From NCBI GenBank assembly GCA_034780895.1, contig JAUZTB010000002.1:32432569-32496568 (forward strand): DNA of 64,000 nt, in the 5' to 3' direction. Within the stretch, counting starts at the first letter, position 1, and each line of letters starts with the position of its first letter. The notes below the pieces were generated by a model. The model was not told where the DNA came from, searched no databases, and was given only the letters and a program-made list of their open reading frames with translations. Position numbers and translations under genes: made by a program. Below, in pieces: positions 13,501 to 25,920 of the stretch. The DNA comes from Rhynchobatus australiae. Taxonomy: Eukaryota.

Positions 13501-14176
13501 GAAAATAGAGGGGTATTTAATGGTCAGGTCACACTTTCCATAGTTAGAGTTATCCCCATGAACTTTGAATTAGAAGTGACACTATAAAACTGAACCCAGA
13601 AACCATTCAATATAATGCCCCGTAAAACTAATGAAGCAGAATTAATCGAAGAGTTCAAAGGGAGACAGATAGCAATTTTGTTGGTAAAGGCACCAGCAAT
13701 AGGTTCCTGCTTTCCCTCTTTCATCTGTTATCTTTGCAATGAATATTACCAAGCAATACTAAGCTTCATCATAGAGGTATATTTTTCACCCACAGGTGAA
13801 TTTGGGTAGCTGACCATCAAAATAAACCAGATGGCTCTTCAATAGATCCAGCAGGGAGTCATTTTGAATATTGAACAATTACAATCAAGCCCATAGATTT
13901 TGACTAGAAATTGGTCACCCTGGGGATAACCAACTAGCTACAAACCCTCACGTTATCAGATGCCCTGCTTGGCTTTTTGAGGAAGGTTGGTTGCTTGTGG
14001 GATTAACTAGAAAGTTACCAACATAAGCAAGTTTTATGGAGATTAAAGGGATACTCTTGTTGTTCTCAGACTCAAAAAAAATTAAGTTACCTTTCAGAGT
14101 CAGTGACTGGAGCGATTTGTCAAAATTAGGAGAATTCACTTTCTATGACTTTGATTAGCCAATAAATTCATAAAAA

Positions 14177-17100
14177 ATAGGAATAGAACTAATCAATCAA
14201 ATTTCCTCTGCCATTCAAAATGATCATTGCTAATTCAACTTTCTTCAAGACTGTTTTCTAACCTCTCCCCATAACCCTTGATTGACTTACTGATTAAAAA
14301 TCTAAATATCTCAACTTTGAATGCACTCAAGGATTCAGCCTCCACAGCTTTACAGAGCAAGGAAATTCCAAAAACCCTCAACTTTTAGAGAGAAGAAGTT
14401 CTTCCTCATCTCTTAAATCCCTTTATTCTTAGCCCAGTCTCTGATCCTAGGATCTCCCAAAAGGTGAAACATCCTCTCACTATTCATACTGTCAAACCTC
14501 CTAAGCATCTTATTTTTAATAAGATCACCTCTCATTCTTCATCTCCTATGAGTTCAGTCTACCTGTTCAACCTTCTCTACTTGGCATCATCCAAGTAAAC
14601 CTTCTCTAAACTGTCTCTATTGATGATATATGTATATTTCTTTCAAGTATGGAACCAAAACTGTTTACAGTACCCGAGATATGCCTTCATTAGTGTCTTG
14701 TATGGTTGTGGTAAGAATTCCATATGTATCTACAGGAGGCACTGCCTCAAGAAGGTAAAATCCATCATCAAAGATCCCCACCATCCGGGCCATGCCATCT
14801 TTTTGCATTTACTATCGGGCAGGAGATACAGAAGCCTGAAGTCCCTCACCATCAGGTGCAAGAGCAGCTACTTCCCTTCAACCATTTGGCTCTTGAACCA
14901 CCTGGCAAAGCCCTAATCACTACAGTTTAGCGATATTGCAACCAGTTTGATCACTTTACATTAAAATGGACTTTGTTTATATTTGTTCTAATTGTGTTCT
15001 TTCTTGTAAAAATTATGTATAGTTTATGTTTAATTTATATTTTTCTTGTGAACGCTGTTTATATGATTCTATGTGCCTGTGATGCTACTTCAGGTAAGTT
15101 TTTTTATTGTANNNNNNNNNNNNNNNNNNNNNNNNNNNNNNNNNNNNNNNNNNNNNNNNNNNNNNNNNNNNNNNNNNNNNNNNNNNNNNNNNNNNNNNNN
15201 NNNNNNNNNNNNNNNNNNNNNNNNNNNNNNNNNNNNNNNNNNNNNNNNNNNNNNNNNNNNNNNNNNNNNNNNNNNNNNNNNNNNNNNNNNNNNNNNNNNN
15301 NNNNNNNNNNNNNNNNNNNNNNNNNNNNNNNNNNNNNNNNNNNNNNNNNNNNNNNNNNNNNNNNNNNNNNNNNNNNNNNNNNNNNNNNNNNNNNNNNNNN
15401 NNNNNNNNNNNNNNNNNNNNNNNNNNNNNNNNNNNNNNNNNNNNNNNNNNNNNNNNNNNNCCTCTAAATCATTAATATACATGTAAGCAGCTACAATCAA
15501 AGAGCCCCCCCCACCTCCCCGGTACCCTACTGGTTACAGACTGCCAACCTGAAAAAGACCCCCTTATCCCAATTCATTATCTCCTGCTGTTTAATCAGGG
15601 CTCCATCTAGGCTAATCTATTATCGCCAACACCATCTTGCAAAATAACTTTTGGTGTTGCACCTTGTCCAGTGCCTTTCCTATGCACACTAACTGACACT
15701 TGCTCAAAGAACACTAATAAATTTGTTAGACATGATTTCCCCTTCATGAAGCTGCCCTGATTCTGCTTGATCGGATTGTGATTTTGAGGTGTACTGCTCC
15801 TACTAACTTGTTAATGAATGCTGACAGCTTTCCAACAATAGACAACAGTCCAAGTGGCCTATAGTTACTTGTTTTTTGCCTCCTATCCTTTTTGATTAAG
15901 GGTATAACACCAACAGTTTTCCAGTCCTCCAGTATTTCTCCAGAGTCAAAGGGCATTTGAAAAATTACAACCCCTGCATTCACTATCATTGTTGTTACTT
16001 CTTTTGTGATCCTAGAATACAAACCACCAGGTCTTGGGGACCTATCAGGCTTTAGCTCCATCAGTTTGCCAAATACTAAATCTCAAGTGGTAGTGGTGAT
16101 ATTTAATTCCTCATCTGCTCTTTTTCCCCAGAATTAATGGAATGTTGACTGTATCCTCTACCTCTATCTATTTAACTGCTCTGCTACTTCCTTGTACTGA
16201 ATTTTGAATTTACCCCAATCTTTGAGCCTATCACTGACTTTTTCCCCATTATGTTTTCTCTTTCAAATTAATTCCCTCCTTCACTTCCTCATTTAGCCCT
16301 GGTTAATCCCCTTAGAAGTCCTCTTTGGAATATATTTTTGCTGAGAGTCATGAATTATTTCCTTAAATGTCTGCCACTGCCTGTCTACTGTCTTATTGCT
16401 AATCTATTTGCCCAGTCCACTTTAGACAATTTTCTTTTCATTCCTTTGTATTTCCCCTTGTTTAAGTTTAACACAGTTGTTTCATACCCAAGTTTTTCAC
16501 TCTCAAGCTGAAAGCTAAATTCCATAATGCTGTGATCACTATTTCCTGGGGGATCTTTCAGTCTGAAATCATTTATTCTACCTGTCTTGTTACAGATTAT
16601 CAGTTTCAAAATAGCCTATTCCCTTGTTTGGCTCTATAACATATTGCTCCAGGAAGCTATCACATATGCACAATGAATTCATTCTCCTGGCTACCATTTT
16701 CAATTTGATGAACCCAAGCACCCATTATTTCTTGATTTATACTTTTTGCTACAATGTGGATAATGTTTGGGTCTATACACTACTCCTGCCATCATCTTCT
16801 TTCCCTTGCAATTTTTTACCTCCAACTAAATGGCCAGTATGTATGAGCATCAACTATCTCTCACGACTGTATTACTTAATGTCTTATTAGCAGGGCTACC
16901 CCACAATCATTACCTTCCCACCTGTCCTCCCTAAAAGTCAAACATCCCTGAATATTGAGTTCCCAGCTTTGATTTCCTCACAACCATGTCACTGTAATAG
17001 ATGTTAGATCATACCCTGTTTATCTCTTTTTGTGCTGTTCATTGGTTTTGTTTTGAATATTATTTGCTCTTTGATATAAAGATCTTCACTTTGTCTTTTC
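14177..17100 (-). mobile_element. CR1-type LINE ORF2 remnant (endonuclease end + RT), interrupted by a Rex1-like insert and a gap
   Basis: Peptides DPPGNSDHSIMEF (APE endonuclease SDH) and PDRSPRPGGLYSR...EDWKTVGVIPLIKK...SNYRPLGLLSIVGKL. Confidence 0.88.
14725..15111 (+). mobile_element. Rex1/Babar-type LINE 3' end nested in CR1
   Basis: IIKDPHHPGHAIFLHLLSGRRYRSLKSLTIRCKSSYFPSTIWLLN matches the Rex1-type C-terminal signature and is followed by a T-rich 3'UTR. Confidence 0.82.
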
Positions 17101-17450
17101 ACCACCTTTCCTTGCATTAGCCCCATCTGTTGAGTCTATTGTGGTGCTTTTGTCTAATTTTCTTGTCAAAACCAGTAACTCTTAAGGTTCATTAACTTCC
17201 TACAATCATCCATTTTTAAAAGCAAAGCTGAGTGTTGCTTAATCATTTCAGATCATGCTCACACTAAACATTAGTGGTGCCTGCAGTTGTCAACAAACTG
17301 CAGGAATGCCGATGGATAGATTTGGGACTAGGAAAAGCTGACTGATTAAAGGTCTTTTGTTTTCTCAAAAACTGAGTAGGCACACTGGAGCTGAAAATTA
17401 ATGTTAGCAGCAGTGGAAAAGAGACAATACCAGATCAGCCGCTAAAAACT

Positions 17451-17630
17451 GGAAAACAAATGAAACTACAGATGCTGGAATCTGAAACATAAACTAACAT
17501 GCTTGGAAGAACTCAGCCAGTTCGGCAACATCTGTGGAAAGAGAAATCAGTTAATATTTCAGGTCAAGGCCCTGGATTTTTCTTTCCACAGATGCTACTT
17601 ATTGGTTGACTTCTGGAATATCTATTTTTG
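17451..17630. mobile_element. Penelope-type terminal repeat in inverted arrangement
   Basis: CAGATGCTGGAATCTG...CATCTGTGGAAAGAGAAATC followed by its inverse GATTTTTCTTTCCACAGATG. Confidence 0.65.
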
Positions 17631-19212
17631 TGCCAAAAGCTGGGCTTGGTTGGTAACAGAGAGCCAGTTTAGCACCACTCACTTTGCACCACTGCCAATG
17701 TTGAATTCTACCCTAACAATCTGAGAAGTTTTGATCATATTAGGATTGTCGTACTTTTTTTATTTTTAAAACAAATTATATGTTTCTTATGTCCATTCTG
17801 TTGCACAAACATTCAAATGCTCATAATCGATGCTAACATGTTGCGGTTTTACTTGTTCAGCCAGGATTTATGCCCACCAGAGGTTAAATGAATAAAATTC
17901 TTCCTTTAGTCATTGTTTAGAAGCTGGGCCCATTGCAATACGACCTCTAAGTATGAAAACGATAAGCATATTGCAAAATTAGTTACTGATTGCTAGTCTC
18001 ACTCGGAGAGACCATAAATGGGTGCAGTGAAATAGAAAATTAATGGTGATCCTATTTGTTGATGGAAATATGGTGCTACTCTTTCAAAGCTGGGCAAAAT
18101 GAAAATGGTGTAGAACAAGTGAACAAAAGTGATCCTCTAGAATTGATAACCGTTATTAAGTATTTACCAGAAAAGATAAACTTGAATAATCAAAGTCTCC
18201 GTATCTGAATAAAATTGATTCCATCTTTAACAACAAGTGTAACATTAATATGATTGCTTCTTTATTCTTAATATATAGTTATATATGCTAATATCTGGAG
18301 ATATATAATATGATTCCAACTATATTTACAAGCTGGCTTTAAGAAATGTAAAATCTATTAACATAGGTAATGTTGAGAGTTTACACAATATACATGAACA
18401 CCATATATTGTGGACCACAATATTTCTGCTTAAGTACAAATTTGATATTTTGGATGGTTTTCATTTCAACAGGTGGGTGAAGTACAAGGCTCTCCTATAA
18501 ATTTTCTAGAGATGATGTATGCATTCAGCAATTGTATACCATACCTGTCCCTGTTGCAATTATAGCTGTAGTATTTATTTCAATGGTCGACAAATAAGGA
18601 ACAGAGGTTCTGATAAAAAATGACGTGACTCTCAGGAATGACTAGTTTGTTAGACAGGTTCAGGCCATAAAACAAAAGGTGAGAGAGAGCCTCAGCCCTT
18701 TAATTGAGTTAAATAGAGAAGCCATGCATGCATTTTCTTGCTCATACAGAGACCAAATATAGACAAAGAAAAATCAGTTGGACAAGAGCCAGGGAAGACT
18801 TTGGGGCCTACAGGACATAAGTTGGTACCAAATCATTTCCCCTATCGGGGACCTTGACTCAATAGACACCCATACTTTCTGATATGCGCTCCAAATGATC
18901 GAGATTCCTTGTAAAGCGCTAATAGTCTCATACACTGCGTCTGAGATTACTTGCACAGTGTAATTTCAAGTATACCTTACTGAAATACCTTAAATTCTCC
19001 TGTTCTTACAATCGCCGGTTACTTTTTCAGCCAAATGTATCCGTCAATGCCCGACTTTTGATCATAACGTTTAAAGTGTACAATACACCATCCCCAAAGT
19101 TGAAACATTTTGAACTCCACCAGGTTTGTTTAGGTAACATTTCTGAAACCTTTTCCTCATGCCATTAGAAATCTCCCAGGGACAAATGCACACTAAAATA
19201 TTATGGTTGCAC

Positions 19213-19218
19213 TTTATT
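19213..19218 (-). terminator. Candidate polyadenylation signal AATAAA
   Basis: TTTATT on plus; downstream on minus reads TATTTTAGTGTGCATTTGT. More proximal hexamers exist, so usage is unproven. Confidence 0.4.
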
Positions 19219-20803
19219 GCTTTACTGAAAGAGAGAGAAAAGAACAGTACATTTCGGAAGAAAGATTTATTGTGTGTTCGTTTGTTTCTTGAAGACAGAT
19301 TGGTTTTCATTCAAACAACCAGTAGGTGGACAGACCTAGTAACAAAATCTGTCTGAAAAGTGAAGCAGCATCACATTTAAACTGAATAAAATACAACAAA
19401 ATCACAAGGTACTCAACTCTTTTTTTCTCTTAAAATGAGACCACAACTGGACAATAAACAAGTTCTACCCATCACCTTTACAATGTGTCTAGTGAACAGA
19501 GATCAGATAGTGGACTATCTAGCGTCAAGCATTTTCAACCCACTCACAGAGGTATGGAATCATAGATAAATACCCCGCTACTGGCTCACCATATTTACAA
19601 TCCCATTAAATTAACATTAAATAAATATATACAAACATGGACAATGATAACCCGCCCACCCCCTCCAAGCTGAATCCCAGTGGAGATCCAGAGGAACTAG
19701 TGTTCCAAGTTGTATATTTGTTTGGAAAATGTTGTATAAAAAATCGGGTTACCTAACTACTGGAGTCAAAACGGTTTTATTTTGTAGCATGTGACAAGGA
19801 TGGGAACAGATCAAACTATACAACCTGCTCGTACACAGTTTTGGCATATGGGGTTACAAGTTCTTGCTTATTTTTGACAAAGATGGATTCCTATTCAATG
19901 GATAAGAAGATTGTGAGGATACAAGAGCGTTTGTCAATTTCAGTATTATGTTATTATGTGGGATTTTTAAAATTTTAAATAGATGAGATTACAATATGAA
20001 TCGATTGAAAATAAAATCGGTGCACATTTCGAATTTTCTATATTCATTGACACCGAAATACACAGGATTCTATATCTCGGCAATTATACCACCTATGGGA
20101 ATGAAAACATTTAACAGACTTCCAGGGAAGAGTAGACAGACTTCAAATATTGATTGTATTTGTATTGGCAACACTTCCAATAGATTGTCATTTGCTGGTG
20201 ATAGATTTGCCAGTTGGTTTGCAAAACTTTATCACTAATGAAGAGCCACCTTCCTTCCTGCATCAATATTTCATGACTTGCGGGAACATTGTACTCTTCA
20301 GCCTAAAATGTTATATGTTCATGTTAGTCTCGGGTAATTATCAAGATCTTTTTTGGTTAATGGTTAGGTTTAGGATAGCGTCAAGTCACTGCACAGTTTA
20401 CATCATGTTAAATGCTTTGTGGGGGTTCCCAGGAAAATATTTAACATCCAGCTATGTTATTTAATGACTCCACAGGAACGCCCCAGCCATTCCCTCAGCT
20501 CCTGACCACTCTATACGTTTCGCCTTCAGAAATTCCTAGACACGCACGATTGCAAATTGAACTTTATAATTTGCATGGTTAAGCTGGGAGAACCGGGAAA
20601 GAGGCTGACAAATGAGTTTTGATTTCTCTCAAAAACAAAGTTACTTTTTCCATGTTGTGGACTTCTACGTTCCATTACTTAGAGACTAGATCAAAGTTGC
20701 CATCAGGCGCATGTGGTTGAGCTACAGAAAATGTTCTTTATGTCTAGGTCGTCATCTGGTCATATCTTGGGTGGGTGGGACGGGTGTGGTGGGGAATGCA
20801 AGA

Positions 20804-20807
<4 letters not shown>

Positions 20808-20834
<27 letters not shown>
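20808..20834. repeat. (TG)n microsatellite
   Basis: Direct reading. Confidence 0.95.
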
Positions 20835-23800
20835 TTTTCTGTTTTGGGGGTGGGGGAGCAATGGAAATTTAGGTTCCACATGTTGGTTACATTTGGCTGG
20901 GTCAGCTCCAGTGCATAAAATGGGTGCAGTCATACTTAAATGTGAGCTTGATCTGGAATTTCCGTGCACTCTAAACATTGTGCCTGGTGAAGTAAAACAT
21001 TTTAGATTTTCAAAATACCATATCAGCACCAAGTTCAGAGAAACCAGAAAGATATCATCAAAAGGGAATGAAACTCCAATCAAGTTACATGAAAAATCCG
21101 CAATACGCAAGCATGGGTTGGAATGTTTTAACCTGTTTTTTTTAAAGTTTACAATAAACAATTTCTGGCAATTTGAAACTGATCGACATTTGCCACTGTT
21201 ATTCTTTTTTGTCAGTGGCAGTAGCAGCATAGTTGCCTTGATTCAATGAAAATAAAATAGGCAACAGAGGTACATTCTACAAATCAATCCTGTTCAACTG
21301 TTTAGTTTTAAACACCACAGAATTAGAAATAAATCAGCAGAATGCAATAACTCTTGCCTTTTTTATCCCCCCCCCGAGGGACCTTGATTTTATTCTACTG
21401 CTTAAAAATAAACATTCAAAACAAACAAGATCCGGGTGTATTCATCAAGACATTTTAGCAATTTTTTGTTGTAAATGAATGAGCAACTATACGGTCAAAC
21501 ATTCCTTTCACACCTGTGTCCTCCCAGCATTCCAACTTTCCTGCTAATGTGTCTAATGAGTTTAGTCAGTTCTGGTGAGGGTTTGTTTTGTGTCGCCACG
21601 GGGAAAACACTCCATCCGCCACATACCACCTGTGGACTCACCGAGCAGCACAGGTTCGGCTTGTGATAACTCTTCCATTGAAATGCATGGCCTGGGGCGA
21701 AAAAGTGGAAAACATATGAAAAAGGAAGCTCTTTCTCAAAGGAGCATTGAATTCTATGTAACGTCTCAGTGATTTATTTAAAAAAAAAGAGTGGTTTGTT
21801 TAAAAGGTCGTTATAAGTATATGAGAAGTAATAAGGAAATATTATTGTATGGACAACTACAGATACCCGACCGAAGAAAATGGTTTTCATGTTGAGCGCA
21901 CGAGCAGTAAGAGCAACGACTCAATGGTGACAATAAGCAGTATCTGCGGTAGTTATAACCACCATATGGTCTAAATTGTTGAATCTTACAATAATGCATT
22001 CAGTTTCTAAGTTGATAATTATCGCAATTTTTTATGCACAACAAACGTGCCCAGCTAGAATATCAGAACTGCAAACTGGGCTCAAAGAAGGACAACAAGG
22101 TTCCCTATAATGTGTATCAGTCGGTTGCTTCATTAACTGCGGGGAACCTGATGTCTTCACTGCAGTCACAATCATTCCTCCTCCTCACCAACGCACAAGC
22201 ACATGCATGCATCCAGCACACCACAATAATATTGCTCTCCTTGAATAGTTTGATTTGTTTAAAAATCTTCGAAGGGTGGGAGAAGTGATTGTGGCGAGGT
22301 TTCAATAAATTAAAACAGATGGGAAGAAATCTGAAATGTGTTCACACGGATAAATATCTCCCGGTCGTGAGCACAGAGTTCCATATACCTTCGTGGACCA
22401 CAGACAACAAACACAGTATAAGAAACAAGATTTGATTTTAGAAAAAAAAACGCTGCCCCTTTAATTTGGAGAATCCTGGAAGCTCCAGACAACCCAGCTG
22501 CAAGAATTTGTTATTTTCAATGCATGGCTTACAGGACAGTGTGTCTTCCAACCTGCAAGAATCCACCTACTCCTTTAAACATGACCCTCGTATATTTTGC
22601 AATGTGCAGGCTGTTAATCTGAGCGAAAATGTGAAATGGGCCATAATTTTAATGTTTGACTACAAATGCTTGACTGGTGATTATGTGCGATTTTCAAGTT
22701 TTATATTTATTAAGAAAAAAAACTATCATATATTGTCAGGGGAATATATTTAAGGATTGCACATTACGAAGAGAGTATTTTCTGATTTGCAAATATTTTA
22801 ATATCTGTTTTATTTTCTCTGATGACAAAAAAAGCTATTCTGGTCGCTTCGTACTCTGAATTTTCTTTTTGACCTAGACTTAGTGTACAGTATATAGCCC
22901 TGTTTGCTGTTGAAAACTCGCATCTATAACTAAACGCTATCCGCCTCCCAATGNNNNNNNNNNNNNNNNNNNNNNNNNNNNNNNNNNNNNNNNNNNNNNN
23001 NNNNNNNNNNNNNNNNNNNNNNNNNNNNNNNNNNNNNNNNNNNNNNNNNNNNNNNNNNNNNNNNNNNNNNNNNNNNNNNNNNNNNNNNNNNNNNNNNNNN
23101 NNNNNNNNNNNNNNNNNNNNNNNNNNNNNNNNNNNNNNNNNNNNNNNNNNNNNNNNNNNAGACCCAACAAAATGCCAATGGGTTCTCAAGGGGAGTTACC
23201 TGGGGACTAATTCTGTCGTTCTGCTGCCAAATGCAAAACAGTGATTGAGAAGACCAGTCAAGTTTGCTGATGTTTCAGAAGGTACCAAAAATTAAAATGA
23301 AGGCGCCATATTAGGGGAACACTATCCATTCCTATTATCCCATGTTTCCTTCTCATTAATCTCCGTTAGATTCCAAGCTGCCTCTTTGAAATAAACTTGC
23401 TCTCTGGCCGACTATACTCTTTTCGCAGTGTTCCCCTTGTACTTGATCTGACAGCTGCAACCCAAGGTGAATAATTGTCTAGATCGGACTCCGTTTGGAT
23501 TCCTGTCGTATGGAAGGTTATGGTCAGTCATGCCGCAGACTGCAAGGTTGTGTTTGGAGTTAAACTGAGCACGTACATGTCATTATTGTCACCATATGTT
23601 GGAATCTGTGTGCAAATCATTCGATCATGAGCTCTATATTAAAGCTAATGTATCCAAATCGGGTGGGGAGGGGTGGGATACTATTAAGCTTTCATGTTAC
23701 CTGATAGTCATTTTCTTTTTGGTGGAATGTTTCCATCCTCATAACATGCAGAACTGTGCACAGAAATCAGATCTGGAATGAGCGTGGACCAAAGAATTTT

Positions 23801-24056
23801 GATAATAAAAAATCAATTTGCAGTCACCCAGGTGGATCTTGAAATCACCTGCCATTCTGACATAAAATGGAAGTTAAAGTGTTGCAAAATTGGAAAAATA
23901 CCAATAAAAATGCTCTTGAAGCCTTGCATCCAGGTCCATATTGGTTGCAAACAGTTGACCCAGTGTTGCTCCTTTATGTGTGCGTTGTTGTTTCCAAGTC
24001 AATAGAAGATTTTTTATATAAAGCTACAGAAAATAAAAAGTTTGGAGGAATGTTTC

Positions 24057-24354
24057 TCATTTCCTGTTCTTTTCCTCCTTGTCTCCAGTTTTGGTGCCCG
24101 CCTCCCCTCCAGATGTGTGTCTATTTGGGTTGTTGTTTAAGAACATCTTGTCCAGTCCCTTTAATGCTTCCGTCAGGTAGTTCTGGACAGCTGTGAGAGC
24201 AGCACAAATGGCAGGAGAGCCAAAACCATGCGTAATGAGGCTAAAGTGAGTCAAACAGCTCTGGATGCCTGGGTCTAGTATCGGGTTGGGCCTGGTGTTC
24301 CCCAAAGGACTCCTATCCTGTGCCAGCAGATCTGTGAATTCTTTGCAAAGTTGC
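24057..24354 (-). CDS. TFAP2B: TFAP2B exon 7 coding part, second helix of the dimerisation domain and stop
   Basis: CCCCAG|G acceptor; [19 protein letters not shown]...[30 protein letters not shown]...EEKNRK, TGA at 24059-24057. Confidence 0.97.
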
Positions 24355-25740
24355 CTGGGGGTTAAGAAAATAAGACAATGAATGTTGCCGTCAGATAACA
24401 CAAATCAGATGTATGGAATGGCACATTATCCGGTTGCTATGGAAATTGGTTTAACCCCCTCAACCCGCACATCGTGATTACCGAAAAGCCGGCTGCATAG
24501 CATTGAGTTCCAATCTATCCGAATTTCTATTTAAGATTTCCTTTGCTTATAATAGAACTACAATAGTGAAATAATTCCGGATGTTTTTAATGGAATCTCA
24601 TATGTTCTCAATTCCCATAATGACCCGCGGATGTGAGTCTTTCTTTAATTTTCTAAAGAATGAATGAAGCAGCGCAAAACCTAAATATAGATTAATCTCA
24701 TCGTGAAAGAATTCTGTTAAAAGCAGCACGGGTTCACGAAGGTGAAAGAGTTAAGGTTAGGTTACATGTTTAGTGGGCTAATTTTTCAACCAATAACACA
24801 TGTGNNNNNNNNNNNNNNNNNNNNNNNNNNNNNNNNNNNNNNNNNNNNNNNNNNNNNNNNNNNNNNNNNNNNNNNNNNNNNNNNNNNNNNNNNNNNNNNN
24901 NNNNCATGTGAGGGTTAGCGGAATATTTTGCTCCATAAGAGAGAGAAACAAAATCGACCTTAGAGATATGCTAAATCAGAAATAATTAAAAATTACGCGG
25001 CCATTAAAAATAAAAGTAAATAGAACATTTTGTAAATAGCAAATAGAAGTGAGAAAATGAAATCCCCAGGGGAGTTAGTACCTAAGAGTTACATTCAAGA
25101 AGTATCGGCCGTTATGAACTTCACCCACAACACGAAAATGTTGAGGCGTTTGGTTCATTTTCAAATCATTCCTTGCAAGGAAAGAGATAACCCGCGTGTT
25201 ATAAACTTTGTCTTTTTTTCTGATTTTTTTTTGGGGGGGGAATATTTTATGTATGTAATGAGGGGCTCGTGGCGCACTAGATCAACAAGCTGAAAGTTTA
25301 CTTTCAGTGGTTTCTTTTGACTTCAAAAAGATGAGAGTGTATCCTATAAACTTGTCAGAATTTGGTTTCCCAGATTGGAGTAAGGGTGCGGGAGAGGGGT
25401 GGGAGGACATGGTGGGATCACCTTCAACAGTGGGTCCACCACTCCTCCACGAAAGTTCGATAACGATTTGGGGTATTGTTTTTAAACGTTGTATGGAGTT
25501 TGTCTGACATTCCCACGAAGTTATAGTGAACGGATGAGGATGTTTTGTCCCTTGTCCTTCCAGACCAGCGGAAATTCACCCCCACCCCGCACCCGACCTC
25601 CCCCGACTTGCTTGGAGCAAAGGGAGAGTTACTGCAACTCTAAGGAGGCACTTCCACTGTAAGCTGGCTCTGAAAGTAGCGAAGCTAAAGGTTAAGGTAT
25701 AAATCTCGCCCAACGGGGAGGAAAATGGCAAAAGTGTCAG

Positions 25741-25920
25741 CAACGGCAACAACTTGTACAACAACAGGCCTTTAACACGACCATAACTAAGAAGTTGACA
25801 CAGAGCCACACATTTTGATGTTATCACAAGTGGCCAAACTCTTGATCAAAGGGATGGAATTAAGGAAGGTCGTTACGAAGACACGGTTTTAGGGAAGTAA
25901 TTCCAGAACTTAGAGGCACA
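25741..25920 (-). mobile_element. Old L2-type LINE 3' end in intron 6
   Basis: CAACAACTTG...GCCTTTAAC...TTGACACAGAGCCACA...TTTAGGGAAGTAATTCCAGAACTTAG; approximate reverse complement of 41010-41410. Confidence 0.55.

Larger units (their letters stand above)
19190..24056 (-). other. TFAP2B: Putative long 3'UTR of TFAP2B (distal end inferred)
   Basis: No recognisable TE downstream of the stop for ~5 kb. Minus-strand AATAAA at 19776-19781, 19266-19271 and 19213-19218; the last is followed by T/GT-rich sequence. PUM/ARE motifs at 19592-19633. Confidence 0.5.

Noticed and set aside
18405-18423. Palindrome ATATTGTGG-A-CCACAATAT
   Set aside because: Short, isolated, in CpG-poor intergenic DNA, with no supporting context.
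20713-21249. Overlapping 178-aa (+) and 156-aa (-) ORFs
   Set aside because: No recognisable domain; they include a TG microsatellite and lie in the putative 3'UTR.
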